Shown here one piece after another: positions 19,744 to 30,390 of a DNA stretch of 57,672 nt. The notes under the pieces were generated by a model, which saw nothing but the letters and a program-made list of their open reading frames with translations, ran no database searches and was not told where the DNA came from. The DNA lies in IMG/VR virus record IMGVR_UViG_3300044296_000098, positions 1 through 57,672 of that record; one strand, given 5' to 3'. How positions within the stretch are numbered: the first letter of the stretch is position 1; each line of letters opens with the position of its first letter. Both the position numbers and the translations under genes were made by a program. The stretch is from a virus. Lineage: Duplodnaviria > Caudoviricetes.

Positions 19744-20379
19744 TCAGCTGATACCGGTCGGGCCAGCGCCGTTGGTGCGCCAGACTTCATTGTTGAAGCC
19801 AACGACCACGTACGGGTAGTTCGTCGAAGGGTCCGTACCGTTCTGCCCCGGAGGATCAAAAACGTAACTGACGATGATGAAGGGCGATCCAACCGCCGTG
19901 CCGGTCGCATCAAGATACGCGCCAGACTGACCGGTCGAGGTGCTGCCCGAGCCGATATTGAAGGTCACGTACTGACCAATCGGCAGGGAGTTGATGTTGG
20001 AAGAGGTCGCGTTCGCGTTGTAGAACGACGAACCGCTCGCCTGCACCAAGAAGCGCGAATTGGGGTCGTCGATCACGTACGCAATCACGTCGCCGCTTGC
20101 ATCCGACCCCGGCCAATAGCGCGACCACACGGTGCGCTTCTGGGCAACCGACAGGTACTGGCAACCGACGAAGATGCCCGCCACAACGGTCGTGCCATCA
20201 GTGGCGCCGCGGGTGATGTAGCCGGTCGCAGAACCAGTGACCGGGATCACCGGGTCGCCGAAGTAGATCGCAGTGGAGTTGGTCGAAGCAATACGCCGGG
20301 TCGACTGAGCAAAGGTCGGCGCACCGCCCGCTCCCCCCTGGTACTGCAGGAAACCGAATGGCGCGAAGGTATTCGCCAT
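19744..20379 (-). CDS. Capsid cement/decoration protein
   Basis: MANTFAPFGF, IYFGDPV, GIFVGCQY, AYVIDDP; immediately upstream of the capsid gene; AGGAG RBS. Confidence 0.7.
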   Translation of the reverse strand: MANTFAPFGFLQYQGGAGGAPTFAQSTRRIASTNSTAIYFGDPVIPVTGSATGYITRGATDGTTVVAGIFVGCQYLSVAQKRTVWSRYWPGSDASGDVIAYVIDDPNSRFLVQASGSSFYNANATSSNINSLPIGQYVTFNIGSGSTSTGQSGAYLDATGTAVGSPFIIVSYVFDPPGQNGTDPSTNYPYVVVGFNNEVWRTNGAGPTGIS

Positions 20380-20524
20380 GACAGATTTTCTCCTGTAGGA
20401 GATGGCCTGTCGCCCACGCATCGTGGGGGCTAAAAGCCAAGGCTAAAACACGCCCCCTGCATCGTGAGAGGGAAGGATGGCTAGCCCCATATCACCCTTC
20501 CCTCTTATTAGTAAAGAGGATGCG

Positions 20525-21064
20525 TTAAGACGGCACCGCCATCGGCTCGTGAGATTTACCAATCTTCGGTCGGATTTGGGGGTGATTTCGCCCAAATTGC
20601 CCGTCCGGGGCAGACGACAACTGCGCTTCTTTATGCCGCACTTGATCCCGAGCTTTGCGTTTTTCGATATTCTCGAATTGCTCGGTGATGATCTTCGGCC
20701 GCTGCATGAGGATCATGCCGTCGCGTTCGATGGTCTCGCCCTTCCACCCCAAAGGCATCTCCTCGGGATGACGGCCCAATGGAACCGGTTCCCATCCAGT
20801 GCGGGATAAATTTACGTCGTACGACGGGTCCGGCATGTTCAGAAGCGTACGACGCTTCCACTCATACGACCATCCATCCGGCACGCGGTTGGGGTCGATA
20901 TAGAAGCGATCAACGCCTTCTTCGACGGCCGATAGATTACCCAAAATCTCAGCCGCACGACGTTCCGCCGCAGCTCGCGAAGACTCTGGCCGAAGTTCCG
21001 GCCGCATGGGCTTAGCCGCAGCGGGGGCAGCCGCCGCGGTAGGGGCAGTGGTGGAACCGCTCAA
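20525..21064 (-). CDS. Conserved head-module hypothetical protein
   Basis: PDGWSYEWKR, GWEPVP..RHPE, IERDGMILMQRP; between the scaffold and cement genes. Confidence 0.7.
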   Translation of the reverse strand: MSGSTTAPTAAAAPAAAKPMRPELRPESSRAAAERRAAEILGNLSAVEEGVDRFYIDPNRVPDGWSYEWKRRTLLNMPDPSYDVNLSRTGWEPVPLGRHPEEMPLGWKGETIERDGMILMQRPKIITEQFENIEKRKARDQVRHKEAQLSSAPDGQFGRNHPQIRPKIGKSHEPMAVPS

Positions 21065-21903
21065 TGCACTCGTCCTTCTTTAATCAGGAGCTGCTTGTTC
21101 TGAGCATACTCCTTATCGGTCATACCCATCATTTGGGCCATTTCACGCTCTTCCGCGCTTAGCCGAACGGTTCCGGGTCGAGACTCCCGGTTTACCGGGG
21201 CCGCCGGCGGGGCCGTTTGACGTTCCGGAGCGGTTGGGGCCGCCGGTTGACGCAAGCGAAGCGTGGTTTCGATTGCCGCGAAATAGTCGTCGCTATCCGG
21301 TTCGAGTCCATCGCCAGTCGCAATCTCGTGAGCCGCGATCATACGGCGGTAAAGCCGTTCATCTCGTGCAAATTGCGGGTTACGACGCACCCACGCGGCG
21401 GATCTTGGCGACAATTGCGCCGCCAATGCTTCTACGGGGTCAGAAATCGGGCGCCGTTCAGGCTCTTGCGGCTGTGTTTTGGCGTTTTCAAGCGCCGTTT
21501 TGCCGTTTTCGAGCTGAAGCAGCTTAGCCGCAGACACGGACATGCCTTCTTGAGCGTCTGCTGCGGCATCAAAATCACCCGCAGCCATAGCTGCGCGGTA
21601 ATTTGCCTTATAAATCTCTTGATCCCGCTTCACGCCGTCAATAGCGTTCTTAACGAGCGTCAAATTGACGTCTTCGACTTCGGTTGACGCCTTGGTTGCG
21701 CGTTCCCGAGCTTCACGTTCGCGCTGCGCAGCCTCTTGAGCCGCGCGATATGCGTCTTGCGCACGAGTTTCAGCTTCTTCGCGCGCCTTTTTCTCTTCGT
21801 CAAGGCGCCGCTTGAGCTCTTCGATGCCGTCTTCCGCCGCAATTACAGGCGTTTCTTCGACAGCCTCTTCGACCTTAACTTCTTCGTCTTCCATGTTCAC
21901 CAC
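21061..21903 (-). CDS. Capsid scaffolding protein
   Basis: Acidic coiled coil; WVRRNPQF, SDDYFAAI, C-terminal VRLSAEEREMAQMMGMTDKEYA. Confidence 0.7.
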   Translation of the reverse strand: MVNMEDEEVKVEEAVEETPVIAAEDGIEELKRRLDEEKKAREEAETRAQDAYRAAQEAAQREREARERATKASTEVEDVNLTLVKNAIDGVKRDQEIYKANYRAAMAAGDFDAAADAQEGMSVSAAKLLQLENGKTALENAKTQPQEPERRPISDPVEALAAQLSPRSAAWVRRNPQFARDERLYRRMIAAHEIATGDGLEPDSDDYFAAIETTLRLRQPAAPTAPERQTAPPAAPVNRESRPGTVRLSAEEREMAQMMGMTDKEYAQNKQLLIKEGRVH

Positions 21904-22289
21904 ACCCTGTCCGGACGATCAACACCAGCGCGAATGGACGTGTCTTCCAGAACGCGGCACGACACGCCGTTCAGTGACACGCCCCATCCATCAGAAGGAC
22001 GGAACACAACCCAGTCGTTCAGGTTGACCTCAACGTCCTTAAACCAGCCTTCGGCTGCGGGATCAAAGGCGCTTGGGCCTTTTGCAACCACAAGGCCAAC
22101 TTTGCCTTGGTACTTATCTTCGTCGACAGTCTGATCCGGGAGGTATAACCCGCTTTTGGTTCGCGCGGGCCGCACGTAAATAGCGACCAGAACCTGATTG
22201 TTGAAGAGTTTGAACGAACTGATGTCGCCCAACTCGTCGCGGATTTTCTTCTTCGGATCGGTATCGTGATCCATCGTCATAAACGGCAT
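21897..22289 (-). CDS. groES: GroES-like co-chaperonin
   Basis: NQVLV...RTKSGLYLPD...GLVVAKGPSAF...DWVVF...RVLEDTSI. Confidence 0.75.
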   Translation of the reverse strand: MPFMTMDHDTDPKKKIRDELGDISSFKLFNNQVLVAIYVRPARTKSGLYLPDQTVDEDKYQGKVGLVVAKGPSAFDPAAEGWFKDVEVNLNDWVVFRPSDGWGVSLNGVSCRVLEDTSIRAGVDRPDRVW

Positions 22290-22292
22290 AGT

Positions 22293-22496
22293 CTATCCCC
22301 TCTTTCCTTCGCAGATGGAGAGTGCTTCCTCCATCAAGTCCTTTGCCTCTTTAAGCGACTGCACTTGACCAACTACCTTTTGATAGCCGCCATAGTCTTG
22401 CACAGTGCCGCTTGTCAGAATTTCGATTAACGCTCCGATCCTCTCGTCAACCAGTTTCCCAAACTCTTTCGCCAACTGCATGTTGAACGTCAGCAT
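22293..22496 (-). CDS. Small helical hypothetical protein
   Basis: LTSGTVQDYGGYQKVVGQVQSL pattern, adjacent to the GroES-like gene; RBS AAGGAGG. Confidence 0.7.
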   Translation of the reverse strand: MLTFNMQLAKEFGKLVDERIGALIEILTSGTVQDYGGYQKVVGQVQSLKEAKDLMEEALSICEGKRG

Positions 22497-22521
22497 GCCC
22501 CCTCCTTTATCCTACGGGTTG

Positions 22522-22554
22522 GCAGGGCATCGGGAGGGGAGGCCGATGCCCTGC
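22522..22554. other. Perfect 12-bp intergenic inverted repeat
   Basis: GCAGGGCATCGG-N9-CCGATGCCCTGC. Confidence 0.6.
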
Positions 22555-22599
22555 TTCCACTCGCCGCAGTTGCTGGCGTCACCTGCGGCGAATATGAAA

Positions 22600-24846
22600 T
22601 TACCGACGGCGCGATGCGATCTCCGTCTTCTCCAGACGCCCTTCGCCGCTGCCGGCGCCAGCGTCCATGTCGTGGTAGGTGCGATACGCCCGGCCGCCGC
22701 GCTTGCGGGGCATCGGAGGCATGCCGCCAGTCGGGACGCCCGGCGCCGCCGCCAGCCCGCCGCCCATCGGCGGCATCATCGCCGGCGGGGGAGCCGCCGG
22801 AGCGACCGGCACATGCGGCATGGGCATCGGCGCCGCGCCCGGCGGGCCGCCCGGCATCGGCATCTGCTGGTCGTGTCGCTGCGGGTTGATCGCGATCACG
22901 ATGTTGGTCTTGCCTTTGGCGCGTCCGCCTGTCGCACGATGGGTTCGACCGCCACACATCCGGCATTCGCAGCCCTTCGGATGCGCCGCGCCGCCGTCAG
23001 CGTGGTGCGTGCCCTTCAGGGTTTCCGCCAGCCGGGCCCGCTTACCGAGCTTGCCCGGAGCATGAGCGGCCTTGGCCAGTTTCTTCGCCGGGATCTTCTC
23101 GCCCTCCGGCACATGCAGAGACTTGTGCAGCGCGCCCGGGTGTTTGATGGCGCCGGCGATCCACTTCTTGCCCGCTTCGCCGCCGCGCTTGCGCGCCATC
23201 GGTTCTTCCGGAGGAGCGTCGAGCGTGGCCGGGCCGCGGAAGTCTGAACGGCCGGTTTGCTGGAAGTATTTGTACGCGGGCTCATCGATCTGTTCGCCCC
23301 GCGAACCAAGCGCGGACGGGATCTTGCCGCCGCTACGGATCGTGGCGTTCTCGCCCAACGCCCTCTGAATGCGCTCGCGCTGAGTTTCGCCGCCATTTTG
23401 ACGGTGCGCCCGGCCGCCGTGGCGAAGGCCCTCCATCGACTGTTGGCGGTCATGCTTCTTGTCGAGCTTCGAGGCTTCCCACTGCTCCATGGTCATGTGG
23501 TGCTTCTTCGCCAGCTTGCGATCTTCCTTCAGATCGCGCTGGGAGTGCTCCCATTCCACGTGAGAGACCTTGCCGCCGTGCTTGCGGTGCTGCGGCGTCA
23601 GGGTGCTGCCCAGGAAGTCAGCATCGAGCGGCCCGCCGCCGGCGCGTTCGGCGCGACCGCCGGCGTACATGCTTTGGTCGGCGCGCTCCCGTTGGTACTG
23701 GTCCAGGTAGATGCGGTTCAGGTCGTCGGCGGTGAGCCCGGTCTCGACCGGGGGACGGGCAGCCGGGGGACGAGCAACCGGGGGACGGGCAGCCACACGG
23801 GCACGAGCCACGGCGAGAGCAGAGTTGATGGCGCTCTCGTCCGGCGCGCGCCCGGTCAACGCGCCTTCGCCCATGCTGCGGGGGGCGGGTTCCGGGGCGG
23901 GGGCCATGCCGGGTTCCGGAGCCGACGACACGCTCGGAACGCGAGGGGGGAACTCCCCTTCGTATGACGGGGCCGACGACACGCTCGGAACGCGAGGGGG
24001 GAACTCCCCTTCGTATGACGGGGCCGCCGCTGGCAAACGCCGAAGCCTAGCGGGGGAACTGTTAGCCCGTAGGCTTTCTTCGCGGGTCATCGGGCCGATA
24101 GGGCCAGTCGAAGGCTGCGGAGGGAGCAGATAGTCTTTGACGTAAGGGTACGCGGTAGCGGCCAAAGCGGCACCCGTGGCAGCAGCCCCCCAAGGGCCCA
24201 TCCCCGCCCCCGTTCGAGAGGCACGCGCCATCGGCCCCTCCCCCGTTCCCCGCGCCATTTGCATGGCTTGCTGCACAGGAGTTGAAACCGAAGGCCGCGG
24301 GGCTGCTTGCTGCACCGAAGTTGGGGCAGGAGCAGGAGCCGAAGGCCGTGGCGCCGGCCGCTGCAACGGGTCAACTGCTTCGCCGCCCCACTCTGAAGCG
24401 GGAGCCGGAGCACGCGCTGCTTGCTGCTGGCGGAAGGCTTCGCGCTTGCGCACTCGACGGCTGCCCGGATCCTCGAAGCTCGCGTCGGGGTTGCCGCCGC
24501 GAGCAAACCCGCCGACGTGCGGCTTGCCGTGTTCGGCGTTGGCTTCCTTCGCGTCGCGGTTGACGTAAGCATCAGCGATGGCGCGACCACCGGTCTTGCG
24601 GGGCTTGCGCCCGCCGTGGTGGTCAGCGGCCTTGCCGTGGACCTTGCCCCCGTCCTTGAACTGACGCGGGGAGATCGGGCGCATGCCCGTCTTGGCGCCC
24701 ATGTTGGCCATTGGGGGCGGCGTCCACGAAGAGGCGTCGACCTTGGCGTGGGGATCGCCCGCGCCGCCCATGCGTTCAGCACGGGCGCGGCGGGCGGCGC
24801 GGATGGCTTTGGCGTCGTGTTCGGTCACTAAGGGGTGCTCCCACAA
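22600..24846 (-). CDS. Large low-complexity protein with many xxGG motifs (probable internal head protein); start uncertain
   Basis: 748-aa ORF directly after the portal gene; includes [30 protein letters not shown]. Confidence 0.65.
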   Translation of the reverse strand: MWEHPLVTEHDAKAIRAARRARAERMGGAGDPHAKVDASSWTPPPMANMGAKTGMRPISPRQFKDGGKVHGKAADHHGGRKPRKTGGRAIADAYVNRDAKEANAEHGKPHVGGFARGGNPDASFEDPGSRRVRKREAFRQQQAARAPAPASEWGGEAVDPLQRPAPRPSAPAPAPTSVQQAAPRPSVSTPVQQAMQMARGTGEGPMARASRTGAGMGPWGAAATGAALAATAYPYVKDYLLPPQPSTGPIGPMTREESLRANSSPARLRRLPAAAPSYEGEFPPRVPSVSSAPSYEGEFPPRVPSVSSAPEPGMAPAPEPAPRSMGEGALTGRAPDESAINSALAVARARVAARPPVARPPAARPPVETGLTADDLNRIYLDQYQRERADQSMYAGGRAERAGGGPLDADFLGSTLTPQHRKHGGKVSHVEWEHSQRDLKEDRKLAKKHHMTMEQWEASKLDKKHDRQQSMEGLRHGGRAHRQNGGETQRERIQRALGENATIRSGGKIPSALGSRGEQIDEPAYKYFQQTGRSDFRGPATLDAPPEEPMARKRGGEAGKKWIAGAIKHPGALHKSLHVPEGEKIPAKKLAKAAHAPGKLGKRARLAETLKGTHHADGGAAHPKGCECRMCGGRTHRATGGRAKGKTNIVIAINPQRHDQQMPMPGGPPGAAPMPMPHVPVAPAAPPPAMMPPMGGGLAAAPGVPTGGMPPMPRKRGGRAYRTYHDMDAGAGSGEGRLEKTEIASRRR
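23921..24026. repeat. 51-bp in-frame tandem duplication
   Basis: Encodes [17 protein letters not shown] twice on the minus strand. Confidence 0.9.
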
Positions 24847-24853
24847 ATGCGGA

Positions 24854-27148
24854 TCATGCCGGCGGTGTCCCCTGCACTGGCGGCGTGCCTAAGGCGTCAC
24901 GGATATGCTGCGCGATCTGATCGCGCTGGTGCATGTGCTGCTCATGCTGATGCTGACGTTGCTCCCGCGCCGCATCTGCCGCCAGCTTCATTTTCTCGAT
25001 CTCGATCTTGGCCATACGGTCCTGATCGCGGTTGCGATCCTCGACCACAGTGCGCTGATGCTGGAAGTCGATCTGGCGGGCTTTGGTGACTTCAGATGCG
25101 GCTTTAAGCCGAAGTTCCGCCGGTGTGATCCCATGATGCTTTTCCCCTCCAGCCAAGCCTGCCACTCGGGCCTTGGTCTGGGCATCAAGCATCCTCGCAT
25201 CCGCGGAAGTCTTAGCCGCCTGCGCCATGATGTCGCCCTGACGCATCTGCGCCTGCGCCTGGATCATCTCCGGCGGCGGGCTGGCCTGGGCTTGCTGCGG
25301 CGCCATGAACTGCTCAGGGTTGTTGAACCCGATCGCCTGCAAAGCCGCCCGGTCAATCGCGATCGGGTCGTACAGCGAAGGCTGTGCCGCCTGGAGCTGT
25401 TTCAGGGCCATGATCTTCATGACCCGCTGAGCGTGGCTGGCGGTGTTCGGGTCCGCTTGAGGGATCAACTCACAGTCGTTCAGCGCCTGCAGGAAAGTCT
25501 GCTCATCCCACTGAAGCGCCGGCCGGCGATTGCGCTGCCAGAAACTCTCCGGGTGCTCCCGGAATAGCTCGACCAGCAGTTGAAACTCTTCCGCCTGGGC
25601 GGCGTGCAGCCGCTTGTGGACGGAGCTCATGATCTTGGTAGCCTGCTCGATCAGCGCGAGCGTGGTGCCTACCGGGGCCTCGGGCCGTCCTTCCCCCACC
25701 TGAAGCTCGGAGGTGCCGCCCACACGCATGCCGGTCGTGGCGATGTTATCCACGAGGGACATCAACGCCGTCGACGGCTCCTTGTAGGGCAACGGCATGA
25801 TGGCCTGTTGGATCGGGGCGCCCCCGGTCTTGACCAGAGCACCGCCGCCAGGAGGCACACGGAAGATGTTGGTGTTCTGCCGAGCCCCGGTATCTGCCAT
25901 CAGGAAGCCCGGAAAGTTCGAGTACATCCCGGCGTCAAGAAGCTCACGCCACGCCGCGGTAATAGCGTTCGTGGTGTTCCCCAGAATGTTCAACAGGCCG
26001 ATGTCATAAAACCCAAAGCCCGGAACAAACGAGTATTTTACGAAAGTTCTACGCGCTTCGGGTAGATCTTCGGTGTCTTTATGAAAGTTTCGCACAACGG
26101 ACAGCACTTCCCGCGTCGAAACGTCGATAGTGACGCGGTAAGGTATCTCCAGACCGGTCTCTTTGCCCCGCAGTTTGTGCTCGAACCCTTTGATGTTAAG
26201 CTCGCAGTAGCACTCATACAGCTCGCGGTCGCGATCTTCGGGGTTATTAGCCTCTGCGGCGATGCCTTCAGTCGCTTTCTTTTCGCGCTGAACGCTATCC
26301 AATTCCGGCGCATTTGGCGTCGAAAGGTCCAACGTTCGATACACGCCGAGGATTTGCAACCGTTTTACGGTGCTCGGCTTCATCATCACGCGGTGCGTGA
26401 CGCGCTTCGCGTTGCTAAGGTCGGTAGCGTTGTTGTTTACGATCAGGTCGATCGCATCCACGGTTTCGCTGACCGGACGGTTGCGCAAAGGGCAGAAATT
26501 TACCTTCTTGAACGAAGTTCCGCCAAAACCGAGCATGATCAGCATGCGGTCGGTATCGGGATAATACTCTTTGGCGGTAGCCGTCAGGAAGTGATTGAAG
26601 TCTTTCTCAAGCACGTCAGCCAGTGCGCTTTGGGAGGCGCTGCCGTCATCCCGGATCTTGACCGGCCCATCCGTGGGCAACAGTTCCGACCGGGCATTTG
26701 CCTGAAACCGCAAGACCGCTTCGAGCAATAGCGGGTGACGAACCCGGCTGATGCCCTCCACAGGGGCGCCATCGGCGCTGCCGCCAATCCCCGGCAGTTC
26801 GGGCTTCAACCCAAGCAGCTTGATCCCGTCGGCGCGGGCTTCGATCCATTCACGCCGGCTCTCAAGGTCGTCGCTGATGCCACGCAGCAAGTCCTCGGAA
26901 ATGCGCGCAAGCTCGCCGGCTTCGATGTCCTCAACGAGGTTACTCCACCACCCACGAGGAGCTGGCTCCCCGGCTTCGAACGGCTTGCCGTCCAACCGGA
27001 TCGTGATGCTGCCGTCGTCGTGCTCAATACGGAGCAGGTCTTCCGAGCCGCGGTCTTGGTCGAGGTCGACGTCCATGGGGGACAGCGGCGCGGCAGCTTC
27101 AGGCTGCGGCACTCTGATCGACGGGCTAAGACCGGGTGTAAGCGCCAT
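24854..27148 (-). CDS. Portal protein
   Basis: [73 protein letters not shown]; start at MALTP with GGAG RBS. Confidence 0.88.
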   Translation of the reverse strand: MALTPGLSPSIRVPQPEAAAPLSPMDVDLDQDRGSEDLLRIEHDDGSITIRLDGKPFEAGEPAPRGWWSNLVEDIEAGELARISEDLLRGISDDLESRREWIEARADGIKLLGLKPELPGIGGSADGAPVEGISRVRHPLLLEAVLRFQANARSELLPTDGPVKIRDDGSASQSALADVLEKDFNHFLTATAKEYYPDTDRMLIMLGFGGTSFKKVNFCPLRNRPVSETVDAIDLIVNNNATDLSNAKRVTHRVMMKPSTVKRLQILGVYRTLDLSTPNAPELDSVQREKKATEGIAAEANNPEDRDRELYECYCELNIKGFEHKLRGKETGLEIPYRVTIDVSTREVLSVVRNFHKDTEDLPEARRTFVKYSFVPGFGFYDIGLLNILGNTTNAITAAWRELLDAGMYSNFPGFLMADTGARQNTNIFRVPPGGGALVKTGGAPIQQAIMPLPYKEPSTALMSLVDNIATTGMRVGGTSELQVGEGRPEAPVGTTLALIEQATKIMSSVHKRLHAAQAEEFQLLVELFREHPESFWQRNRRPALQWDEQTFLQALNDCELIPQADPNTASHAQRVMKIMALKQLQAAQPSLYDPIAIDRAALQAIGFNNPEQFMAPQQAQASPPPEMIQAQAQMRQGDIMAQAAKTSADARMLDAQTKARVAGLAGGEKHHGITPAELRLKAASEVTKARQIDFQHQRTVVEDRNRDQDRMAKIEIEKMKLAADAAREQRQHQHEQHMHQRDQIAQHIRDALGTPPVQGTPPA

Positions 27149-27252
27149 CCTGCTCTCCTGCCTTCGCCATATGACATGCGAGGGCTGTTGACGCAAGCGC
27201 GGCGGTCTGGTAACCACCAAACTGGATTTCCTCCATTGTGACACCCCAACTT

Positions 27253-27287
27253 ACCGCCAGCGCCGCAAGGGCTGGCGGTTTTCTTTT
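27253..27287 (+). terminator. Intrinsic terminator-like hairpin with U-tract on the plus strand
   Basis: ACCGCCAGC-N9-GCTGGCGGT-TTTCTTTT. Confidence 0.6.
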
Positions 27288-27354
27288 ATGGAGGATTGGG
27301 CGCCGGATGGGGTGCGGGATTGGGCGCCGGATGGGGTGCGGGATTGGGCGCGGG

Positions 27355-27804
27355 CTAAGGCACCGGATTGGGCGCCGTCTCGAACAGCTCTCGTTCCGCT
27401 GCGCGGCGTTTGACCAAGCCGGGCAATACCGCGCCCCCGGCATACACCCACTTGGGGAACTCCGCCGCGGCACCGGCTCTATCCCCGGCGTTCAACAACT
27501 TAAGCAGCGTCGAATGGGCATACGTTCCGAGGCCCAAGTTAAACACGAACGACGTCAACGCGGCGAGTTCGTTATCAGACAACGGGCCTTTCGTCGTCTT
27601 GAGCACTTGGTCGCGCGTTTTAATGATCTCCGCGCTCAACAGGCCCTCCGCTTCCTCTTGCGTAAGAGGCTCAGTCTTGGGCGAAACCATGGCGCCTTTG
27701 ATCCGACGGCATCCGTAGCCGATAGTCCACAGGCCGACCGCGTCTTGGTAAGGGTGCAGCACGCACCCTTCAAAGCGTTTGATAAGATCGAACGCCGTGG
27801 TCAT
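27355..27804 (-). CDS. Endolysin, GH24 lysozyme
   Basis: IKRFEG...YQDAVGLWTIGYG (E-x8-D-x5-T), ALTSFVFNLG, STLLKLLN, GLVKRRAAERELF. Confidence 0.93.
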   Translation of the reverse strand: MTTAFDLIKRFEGCVLHPYQDAVGLWTIGYGCRRIKGAMVSPKTEPLTQEEAEGLLSAEIIKTRDQVLKTTKGPLSDNELAALTSFVFNLGLGTYAHSTLLKLLNAGDRAGAAAEFPKWVYAGGAVLPGLVKRRAAERELFETAPNPVP

Positions 27805-27965
27805 CGCTTACGCTCCAGCCGTCGAATAGCTTCTTCCTGCGCAACCTCAGCAAAATCAGTCATGCCGATCAAGGCAAACGCGAGAATATCTTCCACAAGG
27901 TCTCGGTTCGCCAGTTCACGCACGTTGAGCTTGTACTGGTCGACAGTGACGTCCGGGTATTCCAT
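27801..27965 (-). CDS. Small hypothetical protein (54 aa)
   Basis: Manually translated MEYPDVTVDQYKLNVRELANRDLVEDILAFALIG...; fills the gap and has an ATGA overlap with the endolysin. Confidence 0.55.
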   Translation of the reverse strand: MEYPDVTVDQYKLNVRELANRDLVEDILAFALIGMTDFAEVAQEEAIRRLERKR

Positions 27966-27974
27966 GCCGTTACC

Positions 27975-29657
27975 CTATGCCGGATAGATCGGTGGGAGTG
28001 CTTTCGTCCCGGAACGGCTTAGCGCGTCCTGCGCATCCGCCGCCCATTCAGGAGCGCGAACCAACATACCTGCATCACGCAGATGGCGCAATGCCATGCT
28101 AACGGTATCCACCAAGTCATCGTGCTTTCCGCGCGGAAAGACCGCCGCTTGCTGGATGACCATCTCCGCCCACTGCTTGTCCGGAGCGTAGATCATGCCC
28201 TCCGCGAACAAATGCGCGACGCTATGCAGTCGAGCCACTTTATCCAGCCCACGGCTGCCGCCGCGAATGTCCGCAATTTGGACCATAAAGTCTTCATGAC
28301 CAAATACCCTCTTGAGTTCCTGCGCGACGCTGTGGCCACTGGCCTTATTCTCGACCAACAGCTTGTCGACCTTCATCTTACGGCACGTCGAGGCCACTTT
28401 AGTGACCAAATTATGTAACTCCAACCGCTCTTGCCATGCGTACATCAGCACAACGCGGGGAGCACTATTCATGCCTAGATAGGTTTTGGCCCGAACCTGC
28501 AAAGCCTCATCGAACATGCCTTGCTGTTGTCCAAAACTGGTCAATGCCCCATTTGGACGGACATAATTATGGGCTTGCATGGCTTGCGAGCCCGAGAAGA
28601 CCCCCCACACGGTCAGCGCGCTCGGGTCGTTCTCAGCCTTTTCGGTGTAGGCGGTGTCCAGGGCCGCCACCACGAAGTCCATCGGTGGGTAGTTCGCCTC
28701 TTCCCACGGCTTCCACCAGTCCCGCTGGATGATCCCGCCGCCTCGCGGGGCCGGCTCCTGCTGGTGCTGGCCGGCCGTGGCGTAGGGGCCCATGGTCTTC
28801 TCGTCCCGGTCCACCACCTCGGCCGGAAACCGCGCCGGGAAGAGCAGCTCGCCTTCCTCCGTGCGGGGGTCGACAAAGCCTAACCGGGTCGGAAAGTCCT
28901 TCCTCCACAGCGTGGCGCGCATCGGGAGGCACAGGTGGTCATAGCCCATCTTGCGGTCCAGGATGATCCCGCTGACATCCTCCTCGTGGAGGCGCTGCAT
29001 GACCACGACGATCGCGCTCTTCTTCGGGTTGTTGAGGCGGGTCGGCACCGCCTCCGTGAACCACTCGATCGTCGACTGGCGCTGCTGGTCGCTACTCGCC
29101 CCCTCCACGGAATGCGGGTCGTCAATGATCACACGGTCGCCGCGGCTACCGGTAATGGACCCCGCCGCCGCGGCCTGCCGGAAGCCCGTCGAGGTGTTCT
29201 CGAATTTGGTCTTCTGGTTCTGATCCGTCGTCAGGACGACATGCGGCCACCGCGCTTTATACCAGTCGCTGCTGACCAGTCGCCGCATACGCATATTATC
29301 GCGCACCGCCAATTCCTGGCTATGACTTGCGCAAAGATACCGCAAATGCGGCATATTCAACGGGCCCCACTCCCACGCGGGCCAAAATACGGACACGGCC
29401 AACGACTTCATCGTGCCGGGCGGGATATTCACGAGCAACCGGTTATACGGGCTCTCGTCGTCGCTATCCGAGATGGCTTCAAGATGCTCGCATAGCGCAT
29501 CAATATGCCATCCATGCACATACTCTTGGTTCGGTTCGACGATTGGCCAAGCCAGCTGAATGAACCGCGATAAGGACTCCTTGCACTCCACGCGGTCCAG
29601 ATCGACAAGCGCTTTATTGACGTCGATCAGAGCCTTGCCAAAGCGGATGTAGGCCAT
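27975..29657 (-). CDS. terL: Terminase large subunit
   Basis: LLVNIPPGTMKS (Walker A variant), GSRGDRVIIDDPH (Walker B), VVMQRLHEED, ALDTAY, FPRGKHDDLVD. Confidence 0.95.
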   Translation of the reverse strand: MAYIRFGKALIDVNKALVDLDRVECKESLSRFIQLAWPIVEPNQEYVHGWHIDALCEHLEAISDSDDESPYNRLLVNIPPGTMKSLAVSVFWPAWEWGPLNMPHLRYLCASHSQELAVRDNMRMRRLVSSDWYKARWPHVVLTTDQNQKTKFENTSTGFRQAAAAGSITGSRGDRVIIDDPHSVEGASSDQQRQSTIEWFTEAVPTRLNNPKKSAIVVVMQRLHEEDVSGIILDRKMGYDHLCLPMRATLWRKDFPTRLGFVDPRTEEGELLFPARFPAEVVDRDEKTMGPYATAGQHQQEPAPRGGGIIQRDWWKPWEEANYPPMDFVVAALDTAYTEKAENDPSALTVWGVFSGSQAMQAHNYVRPNGALTSFGQQQGMFDEALQVRAKTYLGMNSAPRVVLMYAWQERLELHNLVTKVASTCRKMKVDKLLVENKASGHSVAQELKRVFGHEDFMVQIADIRGGSRGLDKVARLHSVAHLFAEGMIYAPDKQWAEMVIQQAAVFPRGKHDDLVDTVSMALRHLRDAGMLVRAPEWAADAQDALSRSGTKALPPIYPA

Positions 29658-29659
29658 CG

Positions 29660-30322
29660 TTAGGCGGTCTCGAACGCAGCCACGCAGGTGGGAACATGCG
29701 GGCGGATCAGATCCAGCATGGCTTCCGCATACACCTGGATCTCGTATTGAGCATGCTCGTGGTTCCTCAACGTCAGGAACCTGAACAGGTTGAGCAGGTT
29801 TACCGTTGCGAACATACGGCTATACATCGCCACAGGGAGGACAGTTCGGGCCAATTCACGCGGCCATCCTTCCTTCAGCAACTGCTTATACAAAGCATAC
29901 GTCGCTTCGTGGTGCTCTCTGACCACATCGGTTTGGGCAGTGCGGTCTCGATCGGCTTGAAGGATGCGGCCTTGCTTATTGTCCGCCGATTGCGACCCCA
30001 CAATGGACGGGTCAGGGACGTATACGTGGTCCTCTACCTCGGAATATCGCGCCGATACCTCATTGAACGACCACGTTCTGTGGCGGTGCCACTGACGCAT
30101 TACAAACAACGGGGCTTTTACCTCGAACGTCATAGTAACCGCCTCAAACGGTGACGTATGCTTGTTCTTCCACAGGTAGTTGATCAGGCGCGTATCCGAC
30201 CCGGTATGGGTTCCCGTTCGCCAATCGGCGTCATACGACACACGAGCGGCGCGAACGACAGACAGGTCACACCCCATCATGTCCACAAGGCGAACAAAGC
30301 CATGGTCAAGAAGCGGTATCAT
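29660..30322 (-). CDS. thyX: Flavin-dependent thymidylate synthase
   Basis: AARVSY, HTSPFE, RQWHRHRTWSFNEVSARY (RHR-x7-S-x-R), ELARTVLP, HAQYEI. Confidence 0.95.
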   Translation of the reverse strand: MIPLLDHGFVRLVDMMGCDLSVVRAARVSYDADWRTGTHTGSDTRLINYLWKNKHTSPFEAVTMTFEVKAPLFVMRQWHRHRTWSFNEVSARYSEVEDHVYVPDPSIVGSQSADNKQGRILQADRDRTAQTDVVREHHEATYALYKQLLKEGWPRELARTVLPVAMYSRMFATVNLLNLFRFLTLRNHEHAQYEIQVYAEAMLDLIRPHVPTCVAAFETA

Positions 30323-30390
30323 GCGGGCCAGAGTATGCAGTAACGGCGGGGTGAAACGCAAGGGGGTGGGTCTACGGTAAATAGCGGGAA

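Noticed and set aside
18759-19751. Long antisense ORFs opposite capsid, portal, terminase and other genes
   Set aside because: Shadow frames expected from high GC3 codon usage; the opposite strand carries the recognisable motifs.
27355-27357. Genome-wide TAG recoding
   Set aside because: Core genes are intact in the standard code, several end at TAG next to the following gene, and no suppressor tRNA is seen.
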